Assembly (NCBI GenBank): GCA_965213675.1
Contig: OZ243916.1
Location: 1,984,001 to 2,048,000, forward strand
DNA from: an uncultured Candidatus Binatia bacterium
Lineage (GTDB): Bacteria; Desulfobacterota; Binatia; UBA9968; JAJDTQ01
Direction: 5' to 3'
DNA: 64,000 nt
Position numbers and translations under genes: made by a program. Below, one piece after another: positions 20,051 to 30,261 of this stretch. Positions within the stretch are counted from its first letter, which is position 1, and the number at the start of each line of letters is the position of its first letter. The notes below the pieces were generated by a model, which saw only the letters and a list, made by a program, of their open reading frames with translations, did no database searches and had not been told where the DNA came from.

Positions 20051-21007
20051 GTGGCCAGAATCGCGCTCGTGACTCCCGCTGGTCCCACCCGGCGCACCGG
20101 CAACCGGATTTCCGGGGGCCGGTGGGCGCGCATCCTGCGGGCGTCGGGATACAAGGTCACGGCCCTGGACCGCTACGAACGTGAACGCTGTGATCTGCTG
20201 ATCGCGTTGCATGCCCGGCGCAGTCATCCGTCCATCCGCCAGTTTCATGAGCGCCAGCCCGACAAGCCCATCATTGTCGTGCTGACCGGAACCGACCTGT
20301 ACCGCGACATTCACGTGGACGACGACTCCCGGGAGTCGCTGCGCTTGGCGACCCGCCTGGTGGTGCTCCAACGCAAGGGACTGGACGAACTCCAGCCGGG
20401 GCTGCACGAGAAGACCCGGGTCATCTACCAGTCCGCGCCAGCCCGTCCGGGCCATCGCCGCGACCGAAACCTGCAGTTCACGGTTACGGTGGTGGGCCAC
20501 ATGCGCCCCGAGAAAGACCCGTTCCGCACCGCCATGGCGGTGCGCTCGCTGCCCCGCACGTCCCGGATCCAGGTCACGCACATCGGCGACGCCTTCGGCG
20601 ACAGCTTCCTGCGCCGCGCCGAACGGGAAGTCGAGCACAACCCGCGCTACCGCTGGCTGGGCGACCTGCCCCACTGGAAGACGCGGCAACTCCTGGCCAA
20701 CAGCCACCTCACGTCCATCACCTCGCGCATGGAAGGCAGCTCCAATGTCCTGTGTGAAGCGCTGGCCTCCGGCGTGCCCGTGGCCGCGTCCAGGATCTCC
20801 GGTTTGATGGGAACCCTGGGCGACGACTATCCCGGCTACTACGAGATGGGCGACACCGCCGGGCTCAAGCGTCTCCTGCTGCGGGCCGAGAACGATCCGG
20901 CGTTCTATGAGAACCTGGCACGGCACTGCGCCAAGGTCGCCCCCCTGGTGAACCCGGACCGGGAGATCCTGACTTGGCAGGGGTTGGTCCGTGAAGTGAC
21001 GCGTTGA
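20051..21007 (+). CDS. senB: selenosugar synthase SenB (glycosyltransferase)
   Basis: TP...GNR...RWARIL, IALHARRS, VLTGTDLYRDI, VGHMRPEKDP, SRMEG, LGDDYPGYY. Confidence 0.88.
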   Translation: MARIALVTPAGPTRRTGNRISGGRWARILRASGYKVTALDRYERERCDLLIALHARRSHPSIRQFHERQPDKPIIVVLTGTDLYRDIHVDDDSRESLRLATRLVVLQRKGLDELQPGLHEKTRVIYQSAPARPGHRRDRNLQFTVTVVGHMRPEKDPFRTAMAVRSLPRTSRIQVTHIGDAFGDSFLRRAEREVEHNPRYRWLGDLPHWKTRQLLANSHLTSITSRMEGSSNVLCEALASGVPVAASRISGLMGTLGDDYPGYYEMGDTAGLKRLLLRAENDPAFYENLARHCAKVAPLVNPDREILTWQGLVREVTR

Positions 21008-21027
21008 TCACGCCTCAAACCTCTCTA

Positions 21028-21147
21028 TCATTCCCGCGAAAGCTTGCCCTCGACCCCGATCGGGGGCGGGAAACCAAGGCAGGGCCGCACCTCTCCCCAC
21101 CCCTGGATTCCGCTTTCGCGGGAAGGCCGGATAGGGCCAGGGATGAC
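21028..21147. repeat. REP/dRS3-like palindromic element (TCATTCCCGCGAAAGC...GCTTTCGCGGGAA)
   Basis: Inverted arms between convergent senB and lysJ; related to the element at 30099-30191. Confidence 0.7.
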
Positions 21148-21210
21148 GTTGCGGGTATTTCGCGGAAATGGTGTGTCGGGCACCTGGCGGAATGTCGGAG
21201 CGGCAAGGTA

Positions 21211-22370
<1,160 letters not shown>

Positions 22371-22371
<1 letters not shown>

Positions 22372-23162
22372 CACTGGATCACCGTTCCTTTCCCCGCCAA
22401 CGCGTCTCGCACCGGGTGTTCCGTGCGGCCGTCGCTCATGATGACCTTTTCCGCGCCGTCCTCGAAGAGCTTGCGCAGCGCCAGCATCTTGCGCTTCATG
22501 CGCCCCTCCACCTGCCCCTCCCGCTGTTCCAGTTCACCCGCCCGGATGTGCGGCACCACGGTGCCCTCGTCGTCCTTGTCGGCGAGGAAGCCCGGCGCCT
22601 CGATGAGCTGCAGCACCACCTCGGCATGGAAGGCAGCCTGGAGCACGTTGATGATGTCGTCGTTCTCCGAGTTGATGGCGTTGTGGCGCTCGTCGATGAT
22701 GGGGATGGACAGCACCGGGGCGTAACCGCCGTCGAGCAGCAACTGGAACAGTTCCCTGTTGGCGCTCCGGGGCTTGCCCGAGAAGTCGCGTACGATGAGG
22801 GTCTTGCCGTTCTTGCGCACCCGGATGCCCTTGTTGCGCTGGCCCTGAATGGCGCGGCCATCGATGCCCGAAAGGCCCACGGCATTGACCCCATTCTGTT
22901 GCAGCAACTCCACGATGCGCTTGTTCTGAACCCCGGCGTAGCCCATCAGGATGGCGTCGAGCGCGTCTTTGTCCGACAGCACGCTGGTGTAGCCCGACAC
23001 CGACGTGACCACCTGGGTGGGGGTCCCGAGCCTGGCCGCGATGGCGTCGCGCACCGCGTTGGCGCCGTGCACCACGATGAACCGGTCGGACACGGCCGCC
23101 AGATCCCCGGCGATGCCCGGAAGGTTGATGTCGCTGCCGCCGCCGATCTTCACCAGTATCAT
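22371..23162 (-). CDS. lysZ: [LysW]-aminoadipate/glutamate kinase
   Basis: VKIGG, VVHGA, SVSGYTS, GRMKRK. Confidence 0.88.
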
Positions 23163-23797
23163 CGAAGGTGCTCCACCGTGTCGTTGGGGATGACGCGCCA
23201 GTCGCCGCCCTCCGGCACGGTTTCCGAGCTGACGGTGAAGCCGCCCTCGTTCTCGCGGGCGCGCAGCCTGAAGTAGTCGGGTTGTTCATTGAAGAACGAC
23301 CCGACGTAGACATTCTCACCATCGGCAATGATCATGTTCATGGCGCGCACGTAGCGAGTCCTGCGGACGATGATGTCCATCCCCTTGCGCATGGCCGCGG
23401 CCATGTCGCCCTTGTCGAAGCGCTTGACGAAGTTGAACACTTTTTCCGCGCCGATGCGGCCTTCCGCGTTGATGCGAACGCCGCGCAGTTCGCCGTTGAA
23501 GGCGAACACGTAGCGATCATCGGAGAACGGCATGTTGTTTGCCACCACGATGTTCTCGTCCCGGAACGCGCTGCGGGCGTGTCCCACCAGCAGCGTGGTG
23601 GCGCCGAACTGCGTCAGGTCGTCCTCCCAGATGGGCTTGATGTTGTGATAGAACCGCCACGCGCCGTCAACCGTGTAGGCGCATCCCCAGCCGTGGCCCT
23701 GGTACTCGGGACTGTTCCGGGCGATGCCGGCCAGATGGGACAAGCGCTCGCCGATGTCGAACGGCTCCCGGCTCTTGACGCACAACAGGCGACACAT
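23159..23797 (-). CDS. class II glutamine amidotransferase / EgtC-like Ntn hydrolase
   Basis: N-terminal nucleophile M-C-R-L, GHGWG, GHARSA, NNMPF, FNGEL, VSSE. Confidence 0.85.
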   Translation of the reverse strand: MCRLLCVKSREPFDIGERLSHLAGIARNSPEYQGHGWGCAYTVDGAWRFYHNIKPIWEDDLTQFGATTLLVGHARSAFRDENIVVANNMPFSDDRYVFAFNGELRGVRINAEGRIGAEKVFNFVKRFDKGDMAAAMRKGMDIIVRRTRYVRAMNMIIADGENVYVGSFFNEQPDYFRLRARENEGGFTVSSETVPEGGDWRVIPNDTVEHLR

Positions 23798-23809
23798 GGC
23801 GTTGGACCG

Positions 23810-24856
23810 CTAGGGGTGGAGGCCCGGGAACTCGAGGCCCTCGGTTTCCTCGAAGCCGTTCATGATGTTGAAGGCCTGGACCGCCTGCCCGGCGGCGCCC
23901 TTCATGAGGTTGTCGAGGGCGCTCAGCACCACCAGCCGGTCCGACCCCTTCTCCTTCTGGAAGCCGATGTCGCAGTAGTTGGTGCCGCTCAGCAACTTGG
24001 GCTCGGGATAGCGGTAGATGCCGTCGGCTTCCTTGACGATGCGGATGAAGGGCTCCTTGCCGTAGGCCTCGCGGTAGGTCTTCCACACGTCCTTCTCTTC
24101 CAGCGGTTCGCGCAGGAACAAATGGCACGTCGCCAGGACGCCGCGCACCATTTCGATGGAGGTGGCGGAGAAGTACACCCGGACCGGCTCGCCGAACGCC
24201 AGTTCCTGGTAGATCTCCGCGCTGTGCCGGTGCAGGGTGGGCATGAACGAACGCACGGCGCCGCTCCGTTCCGGGTGGTGGGACGCGTCGCTGGCGGCGT
24301 TGCCGCCCTCGCTGGACCCCACCTTGACCTCCACCACCGTGCGCTCGGTGTCCACCAGCCCCTTCCTGAAGAACGGATAGACGCCAAGGATCGTGGCGGT
24401 GGCGTTGCAACCGGCGCCGGTGACGAAGCTCGCCTCCCGGATCTCCTCGCGGTGCAGCTCAGGAACCCCGTAGACGAACTCCTTCAAGAGCTCCGGGCGC
24501 TGGTGCGGCTTGCCGTACCAGCGCTGGTATTCGTCCACGTCGTTGAGCCGGAAGTCCGCGCTCAGATCCACCAGCTTCGGGGCGAGATCCCGGAACGACT
24601 CGATGCGTTCCTGGGCCTGGCCGTGGGGCAGGCAGAGGAACAGCAGGTCGCACGGCTTGAGCTCGTCCATCCTGCAGAAGCGGAGCTGCGTCCGCTTGCG
24701 CAGATTGGGATGGGCCTTGAACACGAACTTGCCCGCGAAGCGCTCCGAGGTGACCTCGCACACCTCCACCCGGGGGTGCCCCAGGAGCAGCCGCAGGAGC
24801 TCGCCGCCCGTGTAGCCGGACGCCCCCACGATAGAGACCTTCAGCTTCTCGATCAC
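23810..24856 (-). CDS. lysY: [LysW]-aminoadipyl/glutamyl-phosphate reductase (ArgC family)
   Basis: GASGYTGGEL, DLSADFRL, GAGCNAT, GSSEGG...HHPERS, DNLMKGAAGQA. Confidence 0.9.
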   Translation of the reverse strand: MIEKLKVSIVGASGYTGGELLRLLLGHPRVEVCEVTSERFAGKFVFKAHPNLRKRTQLRFCRMDELKPCDLLFLCLPHGQAQERIESFRDLAPKLVDLSADFRLNDVDEYQRWYGKPHQRPELLKEFVYGVPELHREEIREASFVTGAGCNATATILGVYPFFRKGLVDTERTVVEVKVGSSEGGNAASDASHHPERSGAVRSFMPTLHRHSAEIYQELAFGEPVRVYFSATSIEMVRGVLATCHLFLREPLEEKDVWKTYREAYGKEPFIRIVKEADGIYRYPEPKLLSGTNYCDIGFQKEKGSDRLVVLSALDNLMKGAAGQAVQAFNIMNGFEETEGLEFPGLHP

Positions 24857-25005
24857 TGCTCTTGCATCTCTTTCCCGTTCTTCCGGTTCCCGTCAACCCA
24901 GACAGTCTATCCCTGTCGGGCGCCCCCTAGACCGACTGCTGTTGCGGGCGGTTGCACTTGCCATTCGACAGCCTCTGTCCTCGTTCGGAACCGTGTAACG
25001 CACGG

Positions 25006-26013
25006 CTACGGCGCGGGAGCCCGCAGCTTCACAGCAGCGTTGTCGAGGAACCGCCGCAGGTTCTCGGACATTGACCTCAGAAGGACCACCGGGAACTGCG
25101 GGTAGTCGTCCGCGTGCGCAGCGGCGGTAATCAGTTGACAGGCGATCCGCAAGGTCACGATCAGACCAAACGACCAGCGCACGCACGCATCGTCGATCGG
25201 ATTTGACGGTCGATTCAAGACCGCGACCAGCGATACATCGTCGCCGATGCACTCCGCACCAAGAGCCTCGGCCAAGGCCTTCGCTGTCCTCGGAAGCCTG
25301 TCGGGGGTCGTTCGGTTCGCGTGGGCCCACAGCCTGCCGACGACCGTCGGGTTCTTCGAAGAACTCGGCCGATAACTAGTCGGATTCTTGATCGCCTCCA
25401 AAGTCCTTGCAATCCGATCCAACTCCTCGTCGATGCCTCCACCTGTCTTACTTCCGGAGAGAACTGAATCCCAAAGGCTCTGTATCCGCCGCCCGTCGAG
25501 TTGTCGCGACGCGCGCAACCGGAGCAACAGCGCCTCATCGACCTCGTAGAGAATCCGCCGCAAATCGTCGAGCCCCGACGCCGCGTGGGAGAGCATCACG
25601 GCCGCCGATCGCGAGAGATCCTCAACGTGAACCGTCGCAGCTTGTCCGGGCTTCACGGGGAACCACTCTGGCAACACGATCGGCGATGACGTGTCAGCCA
25701 AACTCAACTCCTTGCGGCTGACAATCACCAGGTCGACTCCATGCCGCTCCCGGGCGACTTCATTCTGCACTTGAATATCGTCCTTTGTGCGGCGCAGAAC
25801 CTCTGACACGTCGTTCATCACAGAGTTCGGATCGACGAAACCGCCCGTACGCAGCACATGCGGAACGATGGCAAGCTCTCCACGTAGTTGCTTCAACTCT
25901 CGCGCGACATAGTCACGATCGGTGGAGGCCCAAACCCAGAACACGTTCAACGGTCGCGATTCCCGCCGTCGCGAGACACGAATCGCCTGGACTATGGTAT
26001 CCGGTTCCAACAC
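25006..26013 (-). CDS. hypothetical protein, partner of the STAND ATPase
   Basis: 335-aa ORF 15 bp downstream of the ATPase gene; no family recognised. Confidence 0.75.
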   Translation of the reverse strand: MLEPDTIVQAIRVSRRRESRPLNVFWVWASTDRDYVARELKQLRGELAIVPHVLRTGGFVDPNSVMNDVSEVLRRTKDDIQVQNEVARERHGVDLVIVSRKELSLADTSSPIVLPEWFPVKPGQAATVHVEDLSRSAAVMLSHAASGLDDLRRILYEVDEALLLRLRASRQLDGRRIQSLWDSVLSGSKTGGGIDEELDRIARTLEAIKNPTSYRPSSSKNPTVVGRLWAHANRTTPDRLPRTAKALAEALGAECIGDDVSLVAVLNRPSNPIDDACVRWSFGLIVTLRIACQLITAAAHADDYPQFPVVLLRSMSENLRRFLDNAAVKLRAPAP

Positions 26014-26028
26014 TTGTTTACCCCGCCG

Positions 26029-28449
26029 TCACGTCACCTTGGGTCGGACTGCTGCAGCGATCCGCCCGAGCGTCGGAATCCCAACACGAACCCAGTCGTC
26101 ATCGTACGACAGAAAGTTTGCCTGGGACGCCGAGCGCAGTATTTCGTTGTCGTCCGGTGGTGGCTCGCCCTGTGGAACGGGAATCCGACGCATTAGTTCC
26201 GGGAAACACGCGCGTTCCACCTTGAACCCCGTGGACCCATTGTTCGCCAATTCGCGAAGCACCCAGTACGCCGTGAACAGCCATGGGTTGTCCCGGTATC
26301 CTTGCGCCGACATCGCCTCCGCAGCCGCATACCTGAAAAAGTCATAGTCAGGACTCAGCAGAATCCTGTCAGCGTTCAGTTTGTTGTCGGCGAAGTCCGT
26401 AAAATCGCCATCCTGCACCCGCAGGCCGATTTGCGGCCGTCGTTTTTCGATGAGCCACTCCACGAACTCCCCTAGGACGTTCGCCGTTAAATACGGGTGT
26501 CCTGCCGTCTCCTCGAACAGCGCGTCTAGGAACCGTGCGGTAACTTCGATCCGGTCGGCTAGTATCTTGCGCACCAACTCCGAGAACTCACCGGTGGTCG
26601 TCTGTGGCGAGTGCTCAAACAATGGGAACGGATCCTGCTGGACATAGGGAGCGAGTTGGTTCTGATCCATGAGAATAAAATGGGCGTCCGGTTGCTGGCC
26701 CAGAAACACCAACACATTGTCGTAGGAAAACGTCATCAGTTGGTTGAGGATCGGTTGCACTACAGTGTGCCGAATACTTGGTTCCCGCTCGACAGCCGTC
26801 TTAAGTCTCCCGAATAGTGTTTCGTACTCATCGATCACTAGTACCATCCGCTTGTCTTCATCGTGGATGGGTGGTGCACACGTTGTGACCGCGTTCTCAA
26901 CGAACTTTTCGGAAATCATCTGGCCATCCGCCAGAGCCTCACACACGAGATGGTAGAACTTCATGTCGTCTGAAGATTGCGACACTCCACACGTCTGACT
27001 GACAACATTCGCATCTCCACTCGTTGAGTCCATATCAAGACAGGCCGTCGTTTTACCACTCCTTCGCACGCTACACCACAATCGTACGCCAGGCCGCCGT
27101 TCGAAGGTCCGAAGAAGGTCACGTACGCTCGTGCGGGCTACGTGAAAAACCGTGGCTCGGTTCCGAATCTGATCCTGAAGCGGGAACTGGCGTGCGAAAT
27201 TGAACGTGATCGGCGTAGTCGTGCTCCAAGTGCTACGAAGCGCCATAACCGCGGCATCCCAAACTCTGAACGCTCGGTCGGCCGATTCTTCCCGCATCTC
27301 GCCTGCGGGCACGACGATCTCCGCTAGTCCACTCTGTTCGGAGGCAATTTTCCGCACGTCCGGCTTCAACGGCGCGATCACCAGCGTCACCTGCCGGCGG
27401 ACCGCGTCATCCAGCTCTGCCGGCGAGACGAAACTGTCGTCTAGGAACGCGTTGACTTCGACAAGCCGCTGCGATGCGGCATCGCGGGGGGGCCGCACGG
27501 CCACGTCGAGCCGCCGTTCGTGCCACCTATATTGTCCGGCGACCGGAACGGGATGATAATCGTCATCCGGTCGATCATGGAACCGTTGTAGTGCGTCGAG
27601 GAGGGGAAGGACGGTCGTTCTCAGGCCGTCAACGAGAGGGCCGGGCGCCAAGCGATCGACGAGGCGGTCGGCGTGACGAGGAAGCAGAAATGCTATGTAG
27701 TGCATCCATGAACGCTGGAACCTAGGAAGAACGGCGTTCCCTGTCTGCTGTTCAAACGACACCGACGAGTAACCTTCAAGAATACCGCTCAATGCGGCCG
27801 AAACCAGCAAACGCAGCGCCGAGGTAAATCCGTGATCGGACGTGGCCGATGACCGAACGGAATAGAAGTCCAACGGCAATGCTAGAAACCGCGACAGACC
27901 GTTTAGCGACTTCCTGAGTGCTTCGTCGTGATCATGTTTAGCACGTGTGAATCTGTACCCTTGTGAGAACACATCGCGGGTATGATCGGCGAGCGGACCT
28001 GAGAGGGAACGGCCGTCGTCGTCGGACGACAGGTGACGCATCTCATCAAGGAACTGACCGAGAAATTCTGTAAGGCAATCCCGATAGAACGTGGACCACT
28101 GGAAAATGTGCTGTTCACGGAGGGCATTGAGCGCTCTCCGAAAATCCGCTGCGAGTTCCAAGAGATTCCGGGTGGAGTCCCTTGGAGCAGACCCAGCAAT
28201 CGGTATTTCAATGACCTGCGCCGTCTCAGAGTCAGAGCTTCTGGTCTTCCCCCCGAGGATTCTCAACAGGTTATTGCGGCGCTTCGGCCGAAACCGTTGA
28301 AGCAAGTTTTCGATTTCCAGGCGCCATTCGGAGAGCTCGATGTCATCCATCTGGCGAACAAGCGCCTCCAGCGCTCGCTCCGGGCGTTCAGCTTCAAGCT
28401 TGTCTAACCAACGCCTGATCTCGGTAAGACGTTCTTCAATCGTCGACAT
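26029..28449 (-). CDS. P-loop AAA/STAND-like ATPase with an unknown N-terminal region
   Basis: Walker A VRRSGKTT, Walker B LVIDEYE, helical GxP motif ETAGHPY. Confidence 0.8.
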   Translation of the reverse strand: MSTIEERLTEIRRWLDKLEAERPERALEALVRQMDDIELSEWRLEIENLLQRFRPKRRNNLLRILGGKTRSSDSETAQVIEIPIAGSAPRDSTRNLLELAADFRRALNALREQHIFQWSTFYRDCLTEFLGQFLDEMRHLSSDDDGRSLSGPLADHTRDVFSQGYRFTRAKHDHDEALRKSLNGLSRFLALPLDFYSVRSSATSDHGFTSALRLLVSAALSGILEGYSSVSFEQQTGNAVLPRFQRSWMHYIAFLLPRHADRLVDRLAPGPLVDGLRTTVLPLLDALQRFHDRPDDDYHPVPVAGQYRWHERRLDVAVRPPRDAASQRLVEVNAFLDDSFVSPAELDDAVRRQVTLVIAPLKPDVRKIASEQSGLAEIVVPAGEMREESADRAFRVWDAAVMALRSTWSTTTPITFNFARQFPLQDQIRNRATVFHVARTSVRDLLRTFERRPGVRLWCSVRRSGKTTACLDMDSTSGDANVVSQTCGVSQSSDDMKFYHLVCEALADGQMISEKFVENAVTTCAPPIHDEDKRMVLVIDEYETLFGRLKTAVEREPSIRHTVVQPILNQLMTFSYDNVLVFLGQQPDAHFILMDQNQLAPYVQQDPFPLFEHSPQTTTGEFSELVRKILADRIEVTARFLDALFEETAGHPYLTANVLGEFVEWLIEKRRPQIGLRVQDGDFTDFADNKLNADRILLSPDYDFFRYAAAEAMSAQGYRDNPWLFTAYWVLRELANNGSTGFKVERACFPELMRRIPVPQGEPPPDDNEILRSASQANFLSYDDDWVRVGIPTLGRIAAAVRPKVT

Positions 28450-28929
28450 TGTTTCAAACTACCAAACTGCAAGGCCGTCACTTCCAGGCTGTCCTACACA
28501 ACCAATCCTGTCCACGTCACAGACTTACGCATCTATCGCGCAACAGGCAGGAGCGCAAAAACACATGCTCGGCAACAACTCGTGCCCTTGAATGGCCGTG
28601 ATCGACAAAAAAGTAATTACTTTGGTGCGGGTTCACTCTAGGCAATCGTACGTCGTATCGCAAGCTGACGTTCTTGCCGCCGCCGCCAACTCGCGCTCAG
28701 ACAACGTCCCGGTGCATGTCCTGATCACCCTCAATACGCGGGGCACGGACCCCTCCGGTCTCTAGGATTCTGTGCTCATTCCCACATGGGGATGACCGAT
28801 TCGTTCGGGGCGCTGAAGGTACAAACCGTTCCTTCACCACGCCACCAAGATTGGGAATGCTTGGAACGCAGCCGACGGAGCGCGCACAATGACTACATCA
28901 CAGGTAGGCATAGGCCCCGAGCCGCCGAA

Positions 28930-29805
28930 TCAGGACGCGCCCCTGCGCCCCTGTTCCTCACGGCCCGCCTTGAGCACGTGCTCCACGACCAAGCCGGGAA
29001 TGTTGACGCCGGTGGTGTCGATGCTGTTGCGGAACTCCATGGTGTAGTTGACCTCGTTGACCAGCAGGCCGCCGGGAGTTTCAAACAGGTCCACGGCGAC
29101 GATGCCGCCGCCCACGGCCCGGCCCGCGCGCACCGAAAGGTCTCGCAGTTCGTCCGTCAGCGGACAGTTCTCGGCGCGCCCGCCCCGCGCCGTGTTGGTG
29201 ATCCAGTGATCGCTGTAGCGGTAGATGGCGGCCACGCACTCGTCACCGATGACGAAGCTGCGGATGTCGCGCCCGGCTTTTTTTTCGACGTACTGCTGGA
29301 TGTAGAAGATGGAGTGATGGTAGCTGCCCAGGATCGCCTTGTGCTCCAGGATCGTCTCCGCCGCGTCGCGGTCGTTGACCTTGGCCAGCAGCCGGCCCCA
29401 GGAGCCCACCGCGGGCTTCAGCACCACCGGGTAGCCCATTTCCTCGATGGCCTGCAGAGTGGATTCCTCGGTGAAGGCGATGCGCACCTCGGGCTGCGGC
29501 ACGCCGTGCTCTTGCAGGTGCACCGAGGTGAGGATCTTGTCGCCGCACACCGTCGCCACCGACGACGCGTTCACGCAGCGCACGCCGGCGCTCTCGAACA
29601 GCCGCAGGCCGTGCAGCGCCCGTGAGTGGTTGATGCAGCGCTCCAGCAGCACGTCCAGGTCGAACTCGTCCCTGCCCAGGTTGAACGAGAGCTTCCGGTC
29701 GTCGATCATCTGAAGCTCCACGTCGGGATGCTTCCGGAACTCCTTGATGAGAAGCTTCTCCTCGGGCCGGACCAATGAGTGCAGCAGACCGATCTTCAAG
29801 CTCAT
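28930..29805 (-). CDS. lysX: LysW-amino acid ligase (RimK ATP-grasp)
   Basis: [42 protein letters not shown]. Confidence 0.92.
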   Translation of the reverse strand: MSLKIGLLHSLVRPEEKLLIKEFRKHPDVELQMIDDRKLSFNLGRDEFDLDVLLERCINHSRALHGLRLFESAGVRCVNASSVATVCGDKILTSVHLQEHGVPQPEVRIAFTEESTLQAIEEMGYPVVLKPAVGSWGRLLAKVNDRDAAETILEHKAILGSYHHSIFYIQQYVEKKAGRDIRSFVIGDECVAAIYRYSDHWITNTARGGRAENCPLTDELRDLSVRAGRAVGGGIVAVDLFETPGGLLVNEVNYTMEFRNSIDTTGVNIPGLVVEHVLKAGREEQGRRGAS

Positions 29806-29966
29806 TCCCCCCAGTCTTCCTCTTCCGAGGGCGCTTCTTCCACCGCCGGAGGATCGAGGCTCGTGACCTCCAGCTCGGTGCCGCAGTCGGCGCAGGCGAT
29901 CAACTCGCCCTCCACCGCGTCGTCCTCCAATTTGAACTCCGCTCCGCAAACCGGACACTCAACCAT
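29802..29966 (-). CDS. lysW: amino-group carrier protein LysW (54 aa, absent from the ORF track)
   Basis: MVECPVCG...CADCG...EEEDWGE: zinc-ribbon CxxC pairs and C-terminal EDWGE; ATGA overlap with lysX; GGAGG RBS. Confidence 0.95.
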   Translation of the reverse strand: MVECPVCGAEFKLEDDAVEGELIACADCGTELEVTSLDPPAVEEAPSEEEDWGE

Positions 29967-30098
29967 CAGCGGATACCTCCCTCGTCAAGAACTGATCCAA
30001 TGAAGCACATCCTTCGATTTCACCTCGTTCGTCATTTCTGGCGGCGGCCACCCCCGTCAATCCTGGCCTCCCCTTCCGTCACTCCCTTCCTCCCTCCT

Positions 30099-30191
30099 GT
30101 CATTTCCGCGAAAGCGGGAATCCAGGCGGGGTGGTGGAAAGTGCTGCCCAACCCCGATCCGCTCCCGGATTCCCGCTTTCGCGGAAATGAC
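30099..30191. repeat. REP/dRS3-like palindrome
   Basis: Perfect 25-bp inverted repeat GTCATTTCCGCGAAAGCGGGAATCC / GGATTCCCGCTTTCGCGGAAATGAC. Confidence 0.85.
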
Positions 30192-30261
30192 GGGGGGAGG
30201 CGGGATTGACAGGAGGAGAGGCGGGAATGACGATACGGACGTCGGCGGATCGCTGGTGTCG

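Noticed and set aside
23159-23797. Ntn hydrolase as EgtC serving the nearby senA
   Set aside because: Opposite strand and translationally coupled inside the lys operon, and SenA does not use gamma-Glu-Cys; disfavoured but not excluded
28772-28798. GTGCTCATTCCCACATGGGGATGACCG resembles a type I-E CRISPR repeat
   Set aside because: Single degenerate unit; no convincing second copy at about 61-bp spacing and no cas genes in the window
29967-30260. Possible lysine riboswitch or attenuator upstream of lysW
   Set aside because: No recognisable L-box or Lys/Arg-rich leader; the structure is explained by the REP-like palindrome
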